Position numbers and translations under genes: made by a program. Below are positions 23,001 through 34,678 of a stretch of 64,000 nucleotides of DNA, in pieces. The notes under the pieces were generated by a model. The model did not search any database. It was not told where the DNA came from and saw nothing but the letters and a program-made list of their open reading frames with translations. Within the stretch, counting starts at the first letter, position 1. Each line of letters begins with the position of its first letter. Location: positions 62,001-126,000 of the forward strand of contig DF236969.1 of assembly GCA_000708835.1 (NCBI GenBank), given 5' to 3'. Origin of the DNA: Klebsormidium nitens. Its lineage: Eukaryota > Plantae > Klebsormidiophyceae.

Positions 23001-23913
23001 TAGCCGCTCAGTACGGTGGTGTCTAAAGAGAATGGTGTCAATCGAAAGCAACACCGCTCTGAGTCAAATGTTTTAACTTGAAGCATTAGCTTGTCGATTT
23101 GCGACTGCGGCTGCAAAGCGGGGGACCGACCACAGTCAGGCGTTCCTCCCATTGAAGGCACCCGAGCAGCGAGTTGCATGACTCGACATTTGTCACAGGA
23201 TTATTCAGTGCATGCGATTGTACGGATCAGTATGCGACACCTTTCATCTGCAACGGCGTTATACACCGGCCCATCATGCATGTTTCATGACGCAAGTAGA
23301 CTGAGAACTATCTAGCACTCGCTTGGTTGCTGCACGTACAGCCTGACTAAATGCATGTGCATTAGTGCTCTTGTAATAATGGGCATACCATCAACATTGT
23401 TGTGATGTGTATCGCACGTGGGGCTCCGGCATCTGAGATGGGCCGTCCGGCATCGAGAGGAGCCGGCCTGTATTGTCATACTTAATATTAGCCTGCATGA
23501 ATTGTGTTGCTTTTAGCCGCTCATGATCACAGTGTCCAAAGTAGGCTGATTGCAACATGATAGTGAGCTACAGCAATTCCACAAGCGGCCCTCTGTCTAG
23601 CTACATCCATGCGCAGAAGTGCAAGCATGCAGTCGGACACATCAAGTCTAGCTGCTGCAGTATGCGGCCTCGGGTTGGTCCACTGCTTCGCTCTTGGGCT
23701 GTGGCAAGTGTCAAGCATGCATTATTAGCAAACAACTCTGCATGCTTCCGTTAGAAGAAATCAAGTCTGGAGCAAACGGGCTCGATTGCTGCAGAGTCTT
23801 TCAGACATCTGACGTTTTATGACAAGGAAATCCCGCAGAGCGTCAACTTGAGGACGTCAGCTAATCCTTTCCGGAGGGACCTCCAGTTGCGGACTATTCT
23901 CTATCCAAGAACC

Positions 23914-26900
23914 TTACGACTTTGTGGATTTCTTTTTTACACACGCCACCTTGTGCTCTTCCTTCCAATGGGTTTTCTGCAGCATGGAAGTGGTGCGTTA
24001 GGCGAGCTATCTTCAAGGACAAGACTTTCATTTCTTGTAGCAAAGCAAGAGCTATGGAAAAGGGACCGGTTTGAAGGCATGAATTCTCAGGTTCGGTGAC
24101 CTGAACACAACGAACATGCTCAGCCCATTTGGCGAGATGTGTGATTTGAGCCTAGGGCGCGAGAATAGTGTCAGCTCCAACGCAGATCACTGCGTTCCCT
24201 GGACAACAGGTTGCGAAAAAGAAAAGAAAAGATTCAGCTGGCCTTCCTGGTAATCTTGTTAAGGCGTGGACTTCCAAACCATGCAGTGCAAGCGCCTTGA
24301 AAGAGAGTCGTACACCTTCATGGACTCACCTGACAATCTCGGGAACAGTACTGCACTTGGCTGCACGCGCTACACCGCTTGAACGCATTCATCCCCGTTT
24401 CGTAGACGCCCTTGACGCACCCCTGCAAGAAACATGAAATCCAGCATTCTGAGATCAAAAGCGTCCGGAGAGCGCATGATAGCTTGAGTTAGGTCCGGCA
24501 GGTTCCCCTCAACAAGGACGGGACGTGCTGCATGTTCGACTTGCAGAAACTTGATGCGCTGTCCATTGCAAGGACAGAATCTGTCGCTAACCACTATCAC
24601 AGTCGGTTTCACCGTCCTGTTAACTTCGGTCTTGCAGATCAGTCTTGAATGAGAGGAGATGAACGAGTGTCCAGCACAATCGATGGCTAGACGCTAATGT
24701 AGATAGAGAACGACTCCGCGAGTGCCTCGAAGGACGGAGGACAGGCAGGGCGGCTTCCTATAAAACAAAAGGCACCGTCGAAGCGAGGAAATTAGGCATC
24801 CTGGAGCGATGATGAATAGCTCCTAAGTTGTCACAGTCCTTGGCACCAATGCGAAGTGCACGTTAAGCAGCCTGGTTACTACGCAATTCAGACGAGTTGC
24901 CGCAAAACCATTGAGACACTTACCGGGTTGCTGCAGCTTTTCAGCTTGAGTTCCCTTGCAAACGCCGTCCACAGCTCGTCAACTACGGTGTTGAGACGCT
25001 CGACCCACTCGTCGCGCTCCGGCAGAACCGGCGATCGATGGTACCCGCCCCTCCGATCCGCGACGACCCTCCCGCAAAACGCTACCGCCCGGCCCCGCGC
25101 CATCTCCTGGTGCACTTCGTCCGTCGATCTTGGCCCCCGGTTCGCGTTCAACCGGCGCACGGTCTCGAGAATCCGAACCAGCGTCGCACAGAGGTGCGCC
25201 CACATCGTCGCCTTGACCTTGTCCGTCTCGGTCAGCTCGCGGGCCCGCAAAAGCTCCGACAGGACCCCGTAAGCGCTCTCCAGCGTCGAAGCCAGCATCC
25301 AGTTCACGTCCCCGAACGCCTCTTTCGCGGCCTCCGGGTCGCCGCAACACTTGTCGAGGATCGTTGCTAGGTTGCAGACGTGGATGACGTCAAACTGGCT
25401 CTGGCAGAAGTGCCCGTGCGCGACCATCGTGACGTACTCCAAAGCGGCCCGGCCGATCGTGGCCCTCTGTTCTCGGCTCAAGAGACCCCACCTAAGGCTC
25501 GCAGCGAAAGGCTCGACAGCGGGCTCCTTGACCGAGGACCCGAGCGCGACCCTGAGCGACATTTCCGGCGGAACGCAGGATTCCAACAGCGGCGTGACGG
25601 TCTCCACCTCCATCAAGCCGAGAAGAATGGAAAAAAAGTGCCAAGCCACCGTGCTTGCACTGACCATCGTCCGTGCCTGCAGCCCGCCGAGGGGTTCGCC
25701 GCCCGTTTCCCCAATCCGTGGCAACAAGAGCGTGAACAGATCTACCAGCTCTTTGTTTTTTGATCGTAACCTCTTTCCGAAGCGAAAGCAGGAGATGAGG
25801 ACCTTTAGGACGCTGCCCATGATGGGACCGCAACACCCGCTGTTTGGGATCTCTTTCAGCGCCCAGTCTAGCAGTCGCAACCCCACGGTGTCACACAGAG
25901 CGGGTGAAGCTTCCCCTGCCAGTACGGCTCCTTGGAGAATCACATCAAGAAGCGAAACGGCGAACAGGAGCTCCGAGGAGGAAGGGGAGACAGGGCCGCC
26001 ATTGATAAAGACTTGGCTCAAACTTTCAGGGATCCAGGCCTTGAATAGACGTAGAGTGTCCGCGTCGATGGGCCCGTCGAAGCACGCCCCGAGAAGGGCC
26101 GGGAAAAGGACTTGGAGCTGCTGGATTGACTGCTTCCGGCTGCTCTCGCTAGCCCCGTCCAACGACCGGAAGATGGTCTCCGCCTGTTCTACCACAGTGC
26201 CCTGCCGATTGGGCCGCTGCGAGCTCGGCGGAGGATCCTGCCGGTAGAAGCTCAGCAAGTGTTCAACCCGTAACCTCTTCGAGCTACTGAGGTAGGGCGA
26301 CAGCTCCAGAATGCTCCGAACGTGCCTTCTGATCTCCGACTCCGGCAGACCGAACAGGGGATGGCTGTCCGTCCACGCCGCGAAAAGGTCGTCAAAGCAC
26401 TCCGCCCACGCCGCTTCCAAGCCGGGGTACCTTTCAGACAACGGGCCACTCCACTTGAGGTGCTCAAACATGGAGACGAACCACGCCCCCAACTTGCGCC
26501 CGGTCGTGGGGTCCGCTAGCGTCTCCTTTGCCAGTTCCGGTGGGCTTAGGAAGCAGCGGGCCAGCCAGGCCACCGGTCGGACCATATGTCTGAGATACGC
26601 GTCCAGGTTCATCTCCGAGTGGGTTGGGATATTGTCCAAAAAGCACTGGGCTGCGTAGGGGAAGAGGCGGGTGACGTGGGTCAGCAGACCGCAGTCCGTG
26701 GCGGACTGCCAGAAGTCCGGCGAGCTGTTGAACAGCGCCACGCAGAGCTTGGGAAGCTCCCAGATTGATTCCAGGTCGTAGCGCAGGGTGGCGGGAGCCG
26801 TGAGGCGCACGTGTAGGGTCTTCGCAAGGTGGTCCAAGGACTTCGCCACGCCGCCACCGACGATCTGCACGCAAGACGTGAACGATATCAGAACCTAAAT

Positions 26901-28542
26901 ATCTGCACAACAGAGTCAGCAAGATCTTCATACACCAGTTTATCACGATCACTGACTTTGCTCGAGTTGAGGACAGGCTCAGCCAAGAGCTTGGGGATCA
27001 GCTGACCCGACGAAGGACATACGACATCGCACAAGCCTGATCAGTCTCTCATGGTCTTCTTGATCCCTCCATTCCCCATTGTGCTCTGTCGATGCAGGCA
27101 CCATTCAAAGTATCGTAGTCAGGGAAATGTCGTCTCCAGCTGTATAAGCTTCAGCCCTGCTCAGGGGATACTTCCAACTGAACAACATGAAGAGACTTGA
27201 GAGGATGCGCTGACCTTTTCAGCAAACTCCGGCACCGAACACAGGATCATGAGAGTCCTCATAAGGTCCTTTGTCTTCTTGGAGGAAGCAGTTTTCAGCA
27301 ACGACAGCACTGCCTGTACGCCTTGGTCGCTGGTCAACAGTTTCCGTAGCTGCAAGACGTGAAGTACAGTGAGCTGATGTTGGCTCTCATCAAGAATGCT
27401 GAGAGGAGCATGACATTGTGTCAATCACCTTTTACCTCCACACAAATCGAGACAAAGTTCTTGACTTGCAACAAAGCCATTGACAGTGCCACAGGCAGGC
27501 GTAAAACATCAGAGGACGCATCGAGAAGGAAACGCGGTGTTGGTGGAATGAGACAGCGGAACTCGCAGAGGTTTGAAGTGACCAGTCTCTGGAGTTCCAA
27601 CATGATTGCATCGCCCACATTGCCCCCCCCACCCAAATCTCAGCCACCGCCGATAACTCAAACGGCTTCCTTCTTGCTCGATACAGCAACTAACAGACTG
27701 CGGCGCAGAACAAGGGAGATGTCAGAATGTTTGCTCGCAAAAGAACCTACCTTTTTGAACGGCTTGCTTGGTTTCAGCGTCAGCTCCTCCAGGTCCCCAA
27801 TGTTCACGGACCCGTGCTCCTGGCTGCCAACTTCTTGAGCAAGATTGGAAAGTTTCTCGACAGCCTGATCATACTTCTTCTTCTCGATCAGCTCTAAGAA
27901 CGCCGCGACCTCCCGGCTCTCTTTGGACTGCACGATAAAAGCAGGATTTGCTAGATTCAGACTTTGCAGGATTGTCAGAAAGTTGAAGAAAGTTCGATGT
28001 CAAAGCTCTCCACTTCACTTTTACCGTGAGAAGATATCTCCCGCTTTGATACAACCAGAAGTAAAACCTTGAGCAGAACCAATTAAGACCGGAAGAAATC
28101 AAGAAATACGAGGACAACATTGCAAAGTGCATCGGTCAGCAAGTATGAAAGTGGTCACGTGAGGCAGGTGAAGTTGTGAGGAAGAAGCCAGGAAATTAGC
28201 CAACGTAGACTGACAATCCCTCAATCAGTCTGCATCGGACTGCATACAACATGGTCCTAAAGCTTGAGGGTTCTAAGACCAACAAAGTCGACTACTATGC
28301 ACAGCACACAGGGTGCTGATACAGGCACAATTCGCCCTACCAATACTTTCTACTGCCCGTGTCCTAAAGCCTTCCGCTGATGCACAGCGTTGCAAGCGTC
28401 GCAGTTGGCAAGAGTTGTCAGCTCACAATCTTACGTCAACACAAAGAAAGAAAGCAGATTGCCTACTCCTGCTGCTATTGTGATTACGTAGTTTGAAGCA
28501 GACAAGCTGAGCCAGGAGAACCATGTTGCTCACCTCCGCCAT
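23914..28542 (-). CDS. Large helical protein with a C-terminal MYND zinc finger
   Basis: Exons 26864-24924 (ends CSNP), 24422-24330 (GCVKGVYETGMNAFKRCSACSQVQYCSRDCQ) and 23976-23914 (KTHWKEEHKVAC..stop) build a complete MYND motif. Upstream exons near 27927-27751, about 27600-27430, 27360-27215 and 27000-26935, and a putative 9-nt first exon at 28542-28534, are less certain. Confidence 0.75.
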
Positions 28543-29049
28543 TGTGCTCCTCGGGTGCTTCTCGACTGATATTAGTGGGTGTTGAGCTCTGCAATGCTGC
28601 TTCCCTCCAAAATTCATATTGGCGTTTGACAAATTGGCGTCGTATGGTCCTGGACGCAATATTGAGCACAATATAACTTCATATTTTAGTGTCACGGTTT
28701 CTGCTAGGAAGTCAGGGGTCAAATTTCCTACACGCATCGGTGCCTAAAAAGTTGGATACCTATTCCAGGCAACATATGCGAATGTCGCGCAAGGGATCCC
28801 CCCCTGCCAGTGCAAGGGACGAGGGCTAGCTGCAGGCGCACTGATTGGCACTGAAGTTGCAGCTGACCTTCCTCGGTTTCTACGCATTCACTGCTGGACT
28901 TCAACCACATCATGCAGACGTGATGTGACGGTTCATGAGGCGGGCTTTGCAAGGTCGCGTGGCTCCCCACAAGCAATAGGACCTAGACGTGACCAGTCTC
29001 ATTTATAAGGAAGATCATCCAGAGACTTTTGATATCGGAAGGTGGCGAA

Positions 29050-31053
29050 ATGGCTAAGAAGGGAAGGACGGCAGGTGTTGCAAAGCGTGCCGAGCAGGTG
29101 CAGATGGACAAGCTTGCTCCAGGAGATGTTGTGCCTCTTTCCAGCATCTCTGGCGGCAACATTGCCGGCGGCCAGGAGGCTTTGGCCAGGGCTTTCAAAA
29201 GCAACCTGTGTAGGTTTTGGGCACAGCACAAGCACGGCTTTTGTAGTATGTGGGAAGGTTTAAGCCGCAAGGAGAAGGGCACTTTCCTTCGAAATTGCTA
29301 TGAGAACATTCCAGAGAACAGCAAAGATGTTGGAAGGCATGGAAAGCCGCTGGTTGATGAGCTGCTCCTCAGTCCCGAGATGAACATCCAGGATCTTGTG
29401 TCGGATGGCACAGGCTCTTTGACCTGCCTGTTTGAGAACTGGTGTAATAGTGACTTGAAAGATGACATTTCGCATGCCAGAGCAATGGTCAATAGCCTCA
29501 TGAACCGGGGCAAGCTGCCAAGGCAGAGGCCTAGGCAGTATACCATGCTGGTCGACCTGGATGATGAGATCAAAGTGGGAGGTTTCATTGAATGCCATCA
29601 GCAGATGGCCCTTGATAAGTTTCAGCAGTTTGAAGCCATGGGGGTAGCGCTGCAAAGGGATGTGTATGACCTGGCGCAGACGCGCGTGAACAAGCTGCTC
29701 TCATCATTGGCGCTCTGGGCGGACCTGTATCGCACCAAGATACTTCGATTGGACAACTTCTTCGTGTCCTCGCCCTGCGTTGGCTGTGCTAATTGTAGGA
29801 GGCCGGACTCAAGAAACGGAAGCGAGCTACGAGGCTGCCCGGGCTGTGTCAACAGGACAGTGAGACTGTACTGCAGCAAGGTGAGGCTATGTTGAAGTGC
29901 CTCTCTTCTGATTGTTGGTACACTCCAAGTTTTGAACGCTGGTTGGAGTCCTCCGTATGATTTCCTCATCTGCAGGACAATCTTGAAGGTGTCAGTTTCG
30001 TCAGTCTGTAAGCCGTCATTCTTGGCTGATCTTTGCGTTGAAGTTGCAAATCTTGATCCAGATGGGTGGGGCTACCTGTGCTGAGATCCTTCAGTTTGCA
30101 GGCTCGTCTTGCCAGCTCAAGGGCTAGGTGTTTCCATGCTTTCAGCTATAATACTGCCAGCATTCATGCAGCCATGCAAGTAAGTCATCGCCCTATCAGT
30201 TGCCCCAGATCCTGTGCAAGGAGGCTGGATGCGGAGAGATTCGAATCCTCTGAGAAGGGGCACTTTTCTCTTAGCAGCGCACATGATTGCCAAGCAATCC
30301 TTTTGACCCTCCTCTTTTACGTTTGTTAATCCCTTTGCAAGAGTTGAGGGGAGAGATTTCACCGGCTGGTAGCTTGCAGTTTCCAGTCAAATCTCATAGT
30401 CACAACCAGATCATTTGAAGGTTCAGGTTGCGAAGCTGCGAAACGGGCTGCAGTATTTGGAGTGACTTCCAGATTTGTCGTGACAAAATGCAAATTCAGA
30501 ATAGGTGTGCGGGGGGGGGGTGTGGAGCAAGTATCATCTCGCAACCCGCCGGAAACTCGTCAGAATGAAAGGTTCGTCTGATTCTTCTTTTCGGTTCACA
30601 TGGCACGTTTCATGCTCCTGATGTTGACTTTTACTGCAGGAAGCAATTCACCGCGTGGCCAATTGCCCGGCACATCGGCTGTGTCCGGATTTGACGTCAC
30701 TATCGCTTCTCGAATGTGTTCCAGAGTGCGTCCGTTTTGACGTGTCGCATTCAAAAGCTGGTGTACGATTGAACATAAGGGCTCTGATTTGACATAATCA
30801 CACGTCTCTTCTTCTGCAGGAGTGCCAGCGGGCGCACTATGCAACTCACGTGAGGGAGTGCAAGAGGAGAGTAGAGGCCGCAAATATCGGAAAAGCGGAT
30901 GCATGCCAAGTCTGTGGTGATCCGGAGTCAGAAGAAGGGGGGCCCTTGAGAAGGTGCGGCGGGTGCAATAACGAGCAGGTCAAGTACTGTGGTACAGAAT
31001 GTCAGAAGGCTGCCTGGCAAGCCGGACACAAGAAGGATTGTAAGCGCGGCTGA
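29050..31053 (+). CDS. Protein with two tandem MYND zinc fingers (354 aa)
   Basis: Exons 29050-29880 and 30820-31053. CANC..CPGC..LYCSK|ECQRAHYATHVREC is followed by CQVC..CGGC..KYCGTECQKAAWQAGHKKDC. Confidence 0.85.
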
Positions 31054-31879
31054 AGCATGGAAGCATGTGAAAATAGTAAGATACTTTCATTCTAGCTCTG
31101 GGCAAAGTGACTGAGAATCATTGTCGGACTAGGGGATCATAACGTCTGATGAGGGAATGATTGACAGTTCATCCAAAGTTAAGACGGTCTTTGTGTGTAT
31201 CACCGCTTATTAACAATTACAGGTGAAGAGCTTGCATAGAGTTTGAGATCGACATTACTAAGTTCATGCAGGGTATGATATCAATCGCGAGCAGATATTG
31301 ATAGCAAGGCCGCCGTTTTCTAGACGGTATAGGGTCTTGGACCAAGAACCATGCTGTCGCTTGAGCACATCTTCTAGAGCCCAGCGGTTGCGCATCAATA
31401 TCCAACTTTTCAATCTAGTGCTCATGTTCATATGCGCACCCGAGTGTCGCTCATAACTCTGTCGCGCGCTCGCCAGCCTCAAGTCAAACGTTGGCGCTGA
31501 CGGCACTTCGGAGCCCACCTTGCAGACTTGCACATGTTTGAAAGTTGAAATCTGCAGTTGCGAAGTGTCACTAGGAGGAGATAGAATACAGACATTCGGT
31601 GGTGCTGCCTAGGCGCACACAGTGACTTGAATTACCACCACGATGACATATCATGCATGCGCGCACAGGTTCGGGCCGGGGCATTAAGCGATTTGCCCTG
31701 CGGAATTATGCTTTTGTATGGGCCGCCGGAATCATCCAGTCTAAGGTCAATTTGAGCCGCCATACGTGTGAATCATCTGACTTGACAATCGTTTGGTTGA
31801 TTGAGGCCAGTTTGGTAACGAGACTCGTAAAAGGCGAGGGCATTTCGAACAAGCCAATGCAGCCCCTGTTCAACCCCTA

Positions 31880-33900
31880 AAGTTGCGTAGCTGAGCGACT
31901 CTCTCAGGGCTGCCTACAGCCGCTTAGTTTGATCGACGTTGTCAGTCATATGACGGCCAGACGTGCCTCATCATTGCATCAAAGTAATTGTATCAAACAT
32001 CCGTTAGCCGGGCAGTGTGAACAGAACAATTAGTACTCCCGTTCCTACTTTGAGACTCGAAGTTCGACGTTAGAAGGCGCTTGCTTTTGTAAGCTTGATT
32101 TCTTTTCACTCTACTCAACATACGACGTGGAAGACAGCTGGCAAAGCGGCGCCACCGAGCCCAGAGGATGCATGCAGCACGTCCTCCAATTTCCTCACAT
32201 TCCGCGGCACCTGGTCATGCCTCGTTTGCCAGCAGCCCGCTCCTCTTCCTCGCAGAAGCGAAACCGTTTCCCTCGAGTCACTCGTGCTGGTGCTAATGCT
32301 GACAAGAAGTCGGGAAAGAGTTCCTCAACCTTGGCCGAAACCGTGTTCACTGAGTTTATAATTAGCCGCACCGTCCCTCTTGGAAAATCATCGTTTCTAC
32401 AAACGGGGCCCTGTAAGCAGCCGCCGATGTTGATTGCGCCGGTCTGGAAGGACGATCCCGCCCGGGAAGCGGGCCCGACAGGGCCTCCGCGGAACAGTTG
32501 CCACGTTTCTCTTGCAAGCCGCCGCAAAACAGACGTGCAAGAGTGGAGGCAGACCTCGGGACAATCCGAGAGCTCTGCAAATGGATTGGTGTGAAAGATA
32601 TAAAGTCGTTTGAAGCAAAGACCTTGTGGCCCACAAACAGCAGACGAGTCGTTCGGACGATGACAGACGACATCGCGGGCGTTAGCTTTACAAATGCTAA
32701 CCCAACGGCGGAGGTTAGTTGGATGCTTCTCGTGGTCATTCTACCAGACCTTCCTACGCTTCGCGACGAATCGGTTGAAACTCTTGTTTCTAATCTGAAT
32801 CCAGGCTTCATGCTCATGATGCTCCAACCCACCGACGCGCTCGATCCAGTGAGTGACCTGCATTTGAACGGTCAAGCAGACACTTTTAGAGTCCGGATCC
32901 TACCAACCGCAGCTCTTTCATCGCACGTCCTCTACGGCTTTCTGGATTCCTTTAGATCCCGTCAAGTGCTTTTATCAATGTCGAAAGTTGCTTTTCCTAC
33001 AAAATCTTCATGATGAAATCTGTTAGTGGCTTCAAGTGCCGCCGCGCATCCCCTGGCACCAGCACGAAGTACGTCGTATCTGATTCCGACCGAGCGCGCT
33101 GCTGCCTGACCCGGGTCTGGCACAGAGTGGGAGGAAGGGGCCGGCTGGTCCGGCCCAAGAGCCCCATGATGGCCCCCCCCAGGAAAGGGCGAACTGCTGC
33201 GTGATTCACGGAACTAGGTCCGTGTTTGACAACAATACTCCACCGACAGAATAAGCTATGTTCGTTCTGACCTTTGACGCAGCTTGAAGCGTTCAAGTGT
33301 GAATTGTGCGAGTTGAATTGCTTTGAGGGCGTTCATCACGATCTAAGATGTGTACGACTCCGTCATTCCTCGCGCTGGTGGAGTGTTGTGGAGAGAAACC
33401 GTTCTGTTTGCAAACGGCGAAAACGAAAGCTGATTGAATTTTAAGGGCTCTTTCCGAATCAGATTCTGAATCAGTGGAGCTAGGCAGTCTCGAACGCCTT
33501 TCGCATCGTGTGTCGAGACCTTTCCTGACAATCTGAAGTCGTGCAAGTCAAAGCAGCCTCTTCGGAGCACACTAGCTAGGAAGCGAGCCAGCAGTTCAGG
33601 CTGCACCCGCCCAAGCCATCAAGTTTGATCTCCGCGATTAACCTTGGAAGTGGTTTCCTTCGTCCGCATTGAACGGTTATGATTGAGACACAAATCCAAT
33701 ACGCACACCTCAGCGCTTTCGTCACCCGGACTCCAGCAAATGTTCCGCAGGCTCCATCATGCGCACCTCGATTCGCGCCAGCTCGTAGTAGTACTGCTTC
33801 TCGCAGCCCGCTGAACCGCTCCCCCGACTTCGAAGCTGTGCTTGCATCCTCTTCCGCCTCGGAACAAAGCCGCCCACATCAAAGCCGTCAGTCGTTCCGC
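31880..33900 (-). pseudogene. Degenerate copy of the 3' part of the MUN-domain gene (homologous to about 47100-49050, same orientation)
   Basis: Matching blocks 31885-31990/47110-47210, 32125-32530/47355-47790, 33035-33215/48270-48435 and 33735-33860/48920-49060. Frameshifts and stops relative to the intact copy (SFQTGAINIGGCLQG versus SFQTGATNIGGCLQG; RGM-stop). Confidence 0.75.
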
Positions 33901-34678
33901 CGGCAGGCCGCCGGCGATTCCGTTCAATACTTCGTCGCTGCGGCACCAACAGCAGGCCACGGCCAGCGACTTATTGAGCCGCTGCATATTTGTGCTGCCG
34001 CACTCCTTCTCGTGTTCGAAGGAGACACAGATGATCTCAACAACCAGCAGCGAATTGCTTGATTCTGCTTGCCGGGTAGAAGGAATACCACTCGATATTG
34101 TTTGCTCTACAACCAACTTGGCAATCAAAGCATGAATGCGTGTGCTCGTTAGTACGTTGTGCAGATTGATGATAATGCAGCAAGCTAGTTGTTGAAAGTT
34201 TCTTGCATGCACAAAGGGCACTGCAAAAGTGAACACTTGTTACAACAGAGCCTCGAGCGATTGGACTGAGTCGTATACCTTAAGATAAACAACTCAAAAC
34301 CAAATGCTGAGTTTTATTGGCAGCTTTGCGAACACCACCTGGATGGTTGGGTCTCTAACATGTGCTCGGGGCGGTCAGTGTTCAACTCTTAATTCACTAT
34401 GTTAGTGTTATTCAAGTTCTACTTCTGCACTTCTCTAGTTGACCAAATAAAGCCTATGGCGTGCATTACCTTGAAAGTTTTCAGTGTGTGTTTCACACAA
34501 ATCCTAATCTTATGGCGTGCGCATGATCCCTAGCTTGTCAGCTTTTGATCGATGTGTAGTCTACACGGAAATCCGGCTACGTTAAACTCGATGCTAGAAA
34601 CTTGTTTCACTATACTGCAACATTTTTAAGAGGGTCCTCCTTGCCCTCGGATTCCCTAACGGACTCTTCAGGCACACC

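Noticed and set aside
25351-26247. 298-aa plus-strand ORF
   Set aside because: Antisense shadow of the large MYND-gene exon.
32498-33013. 171-aa plus-strand ORF inside the MUN pseudogene as a de novo gene
   Set aside because: It overlaps sequence partly homologous to an intron of the intact gene, starts without a clear ATG context and has no motif; expression data would be needed.
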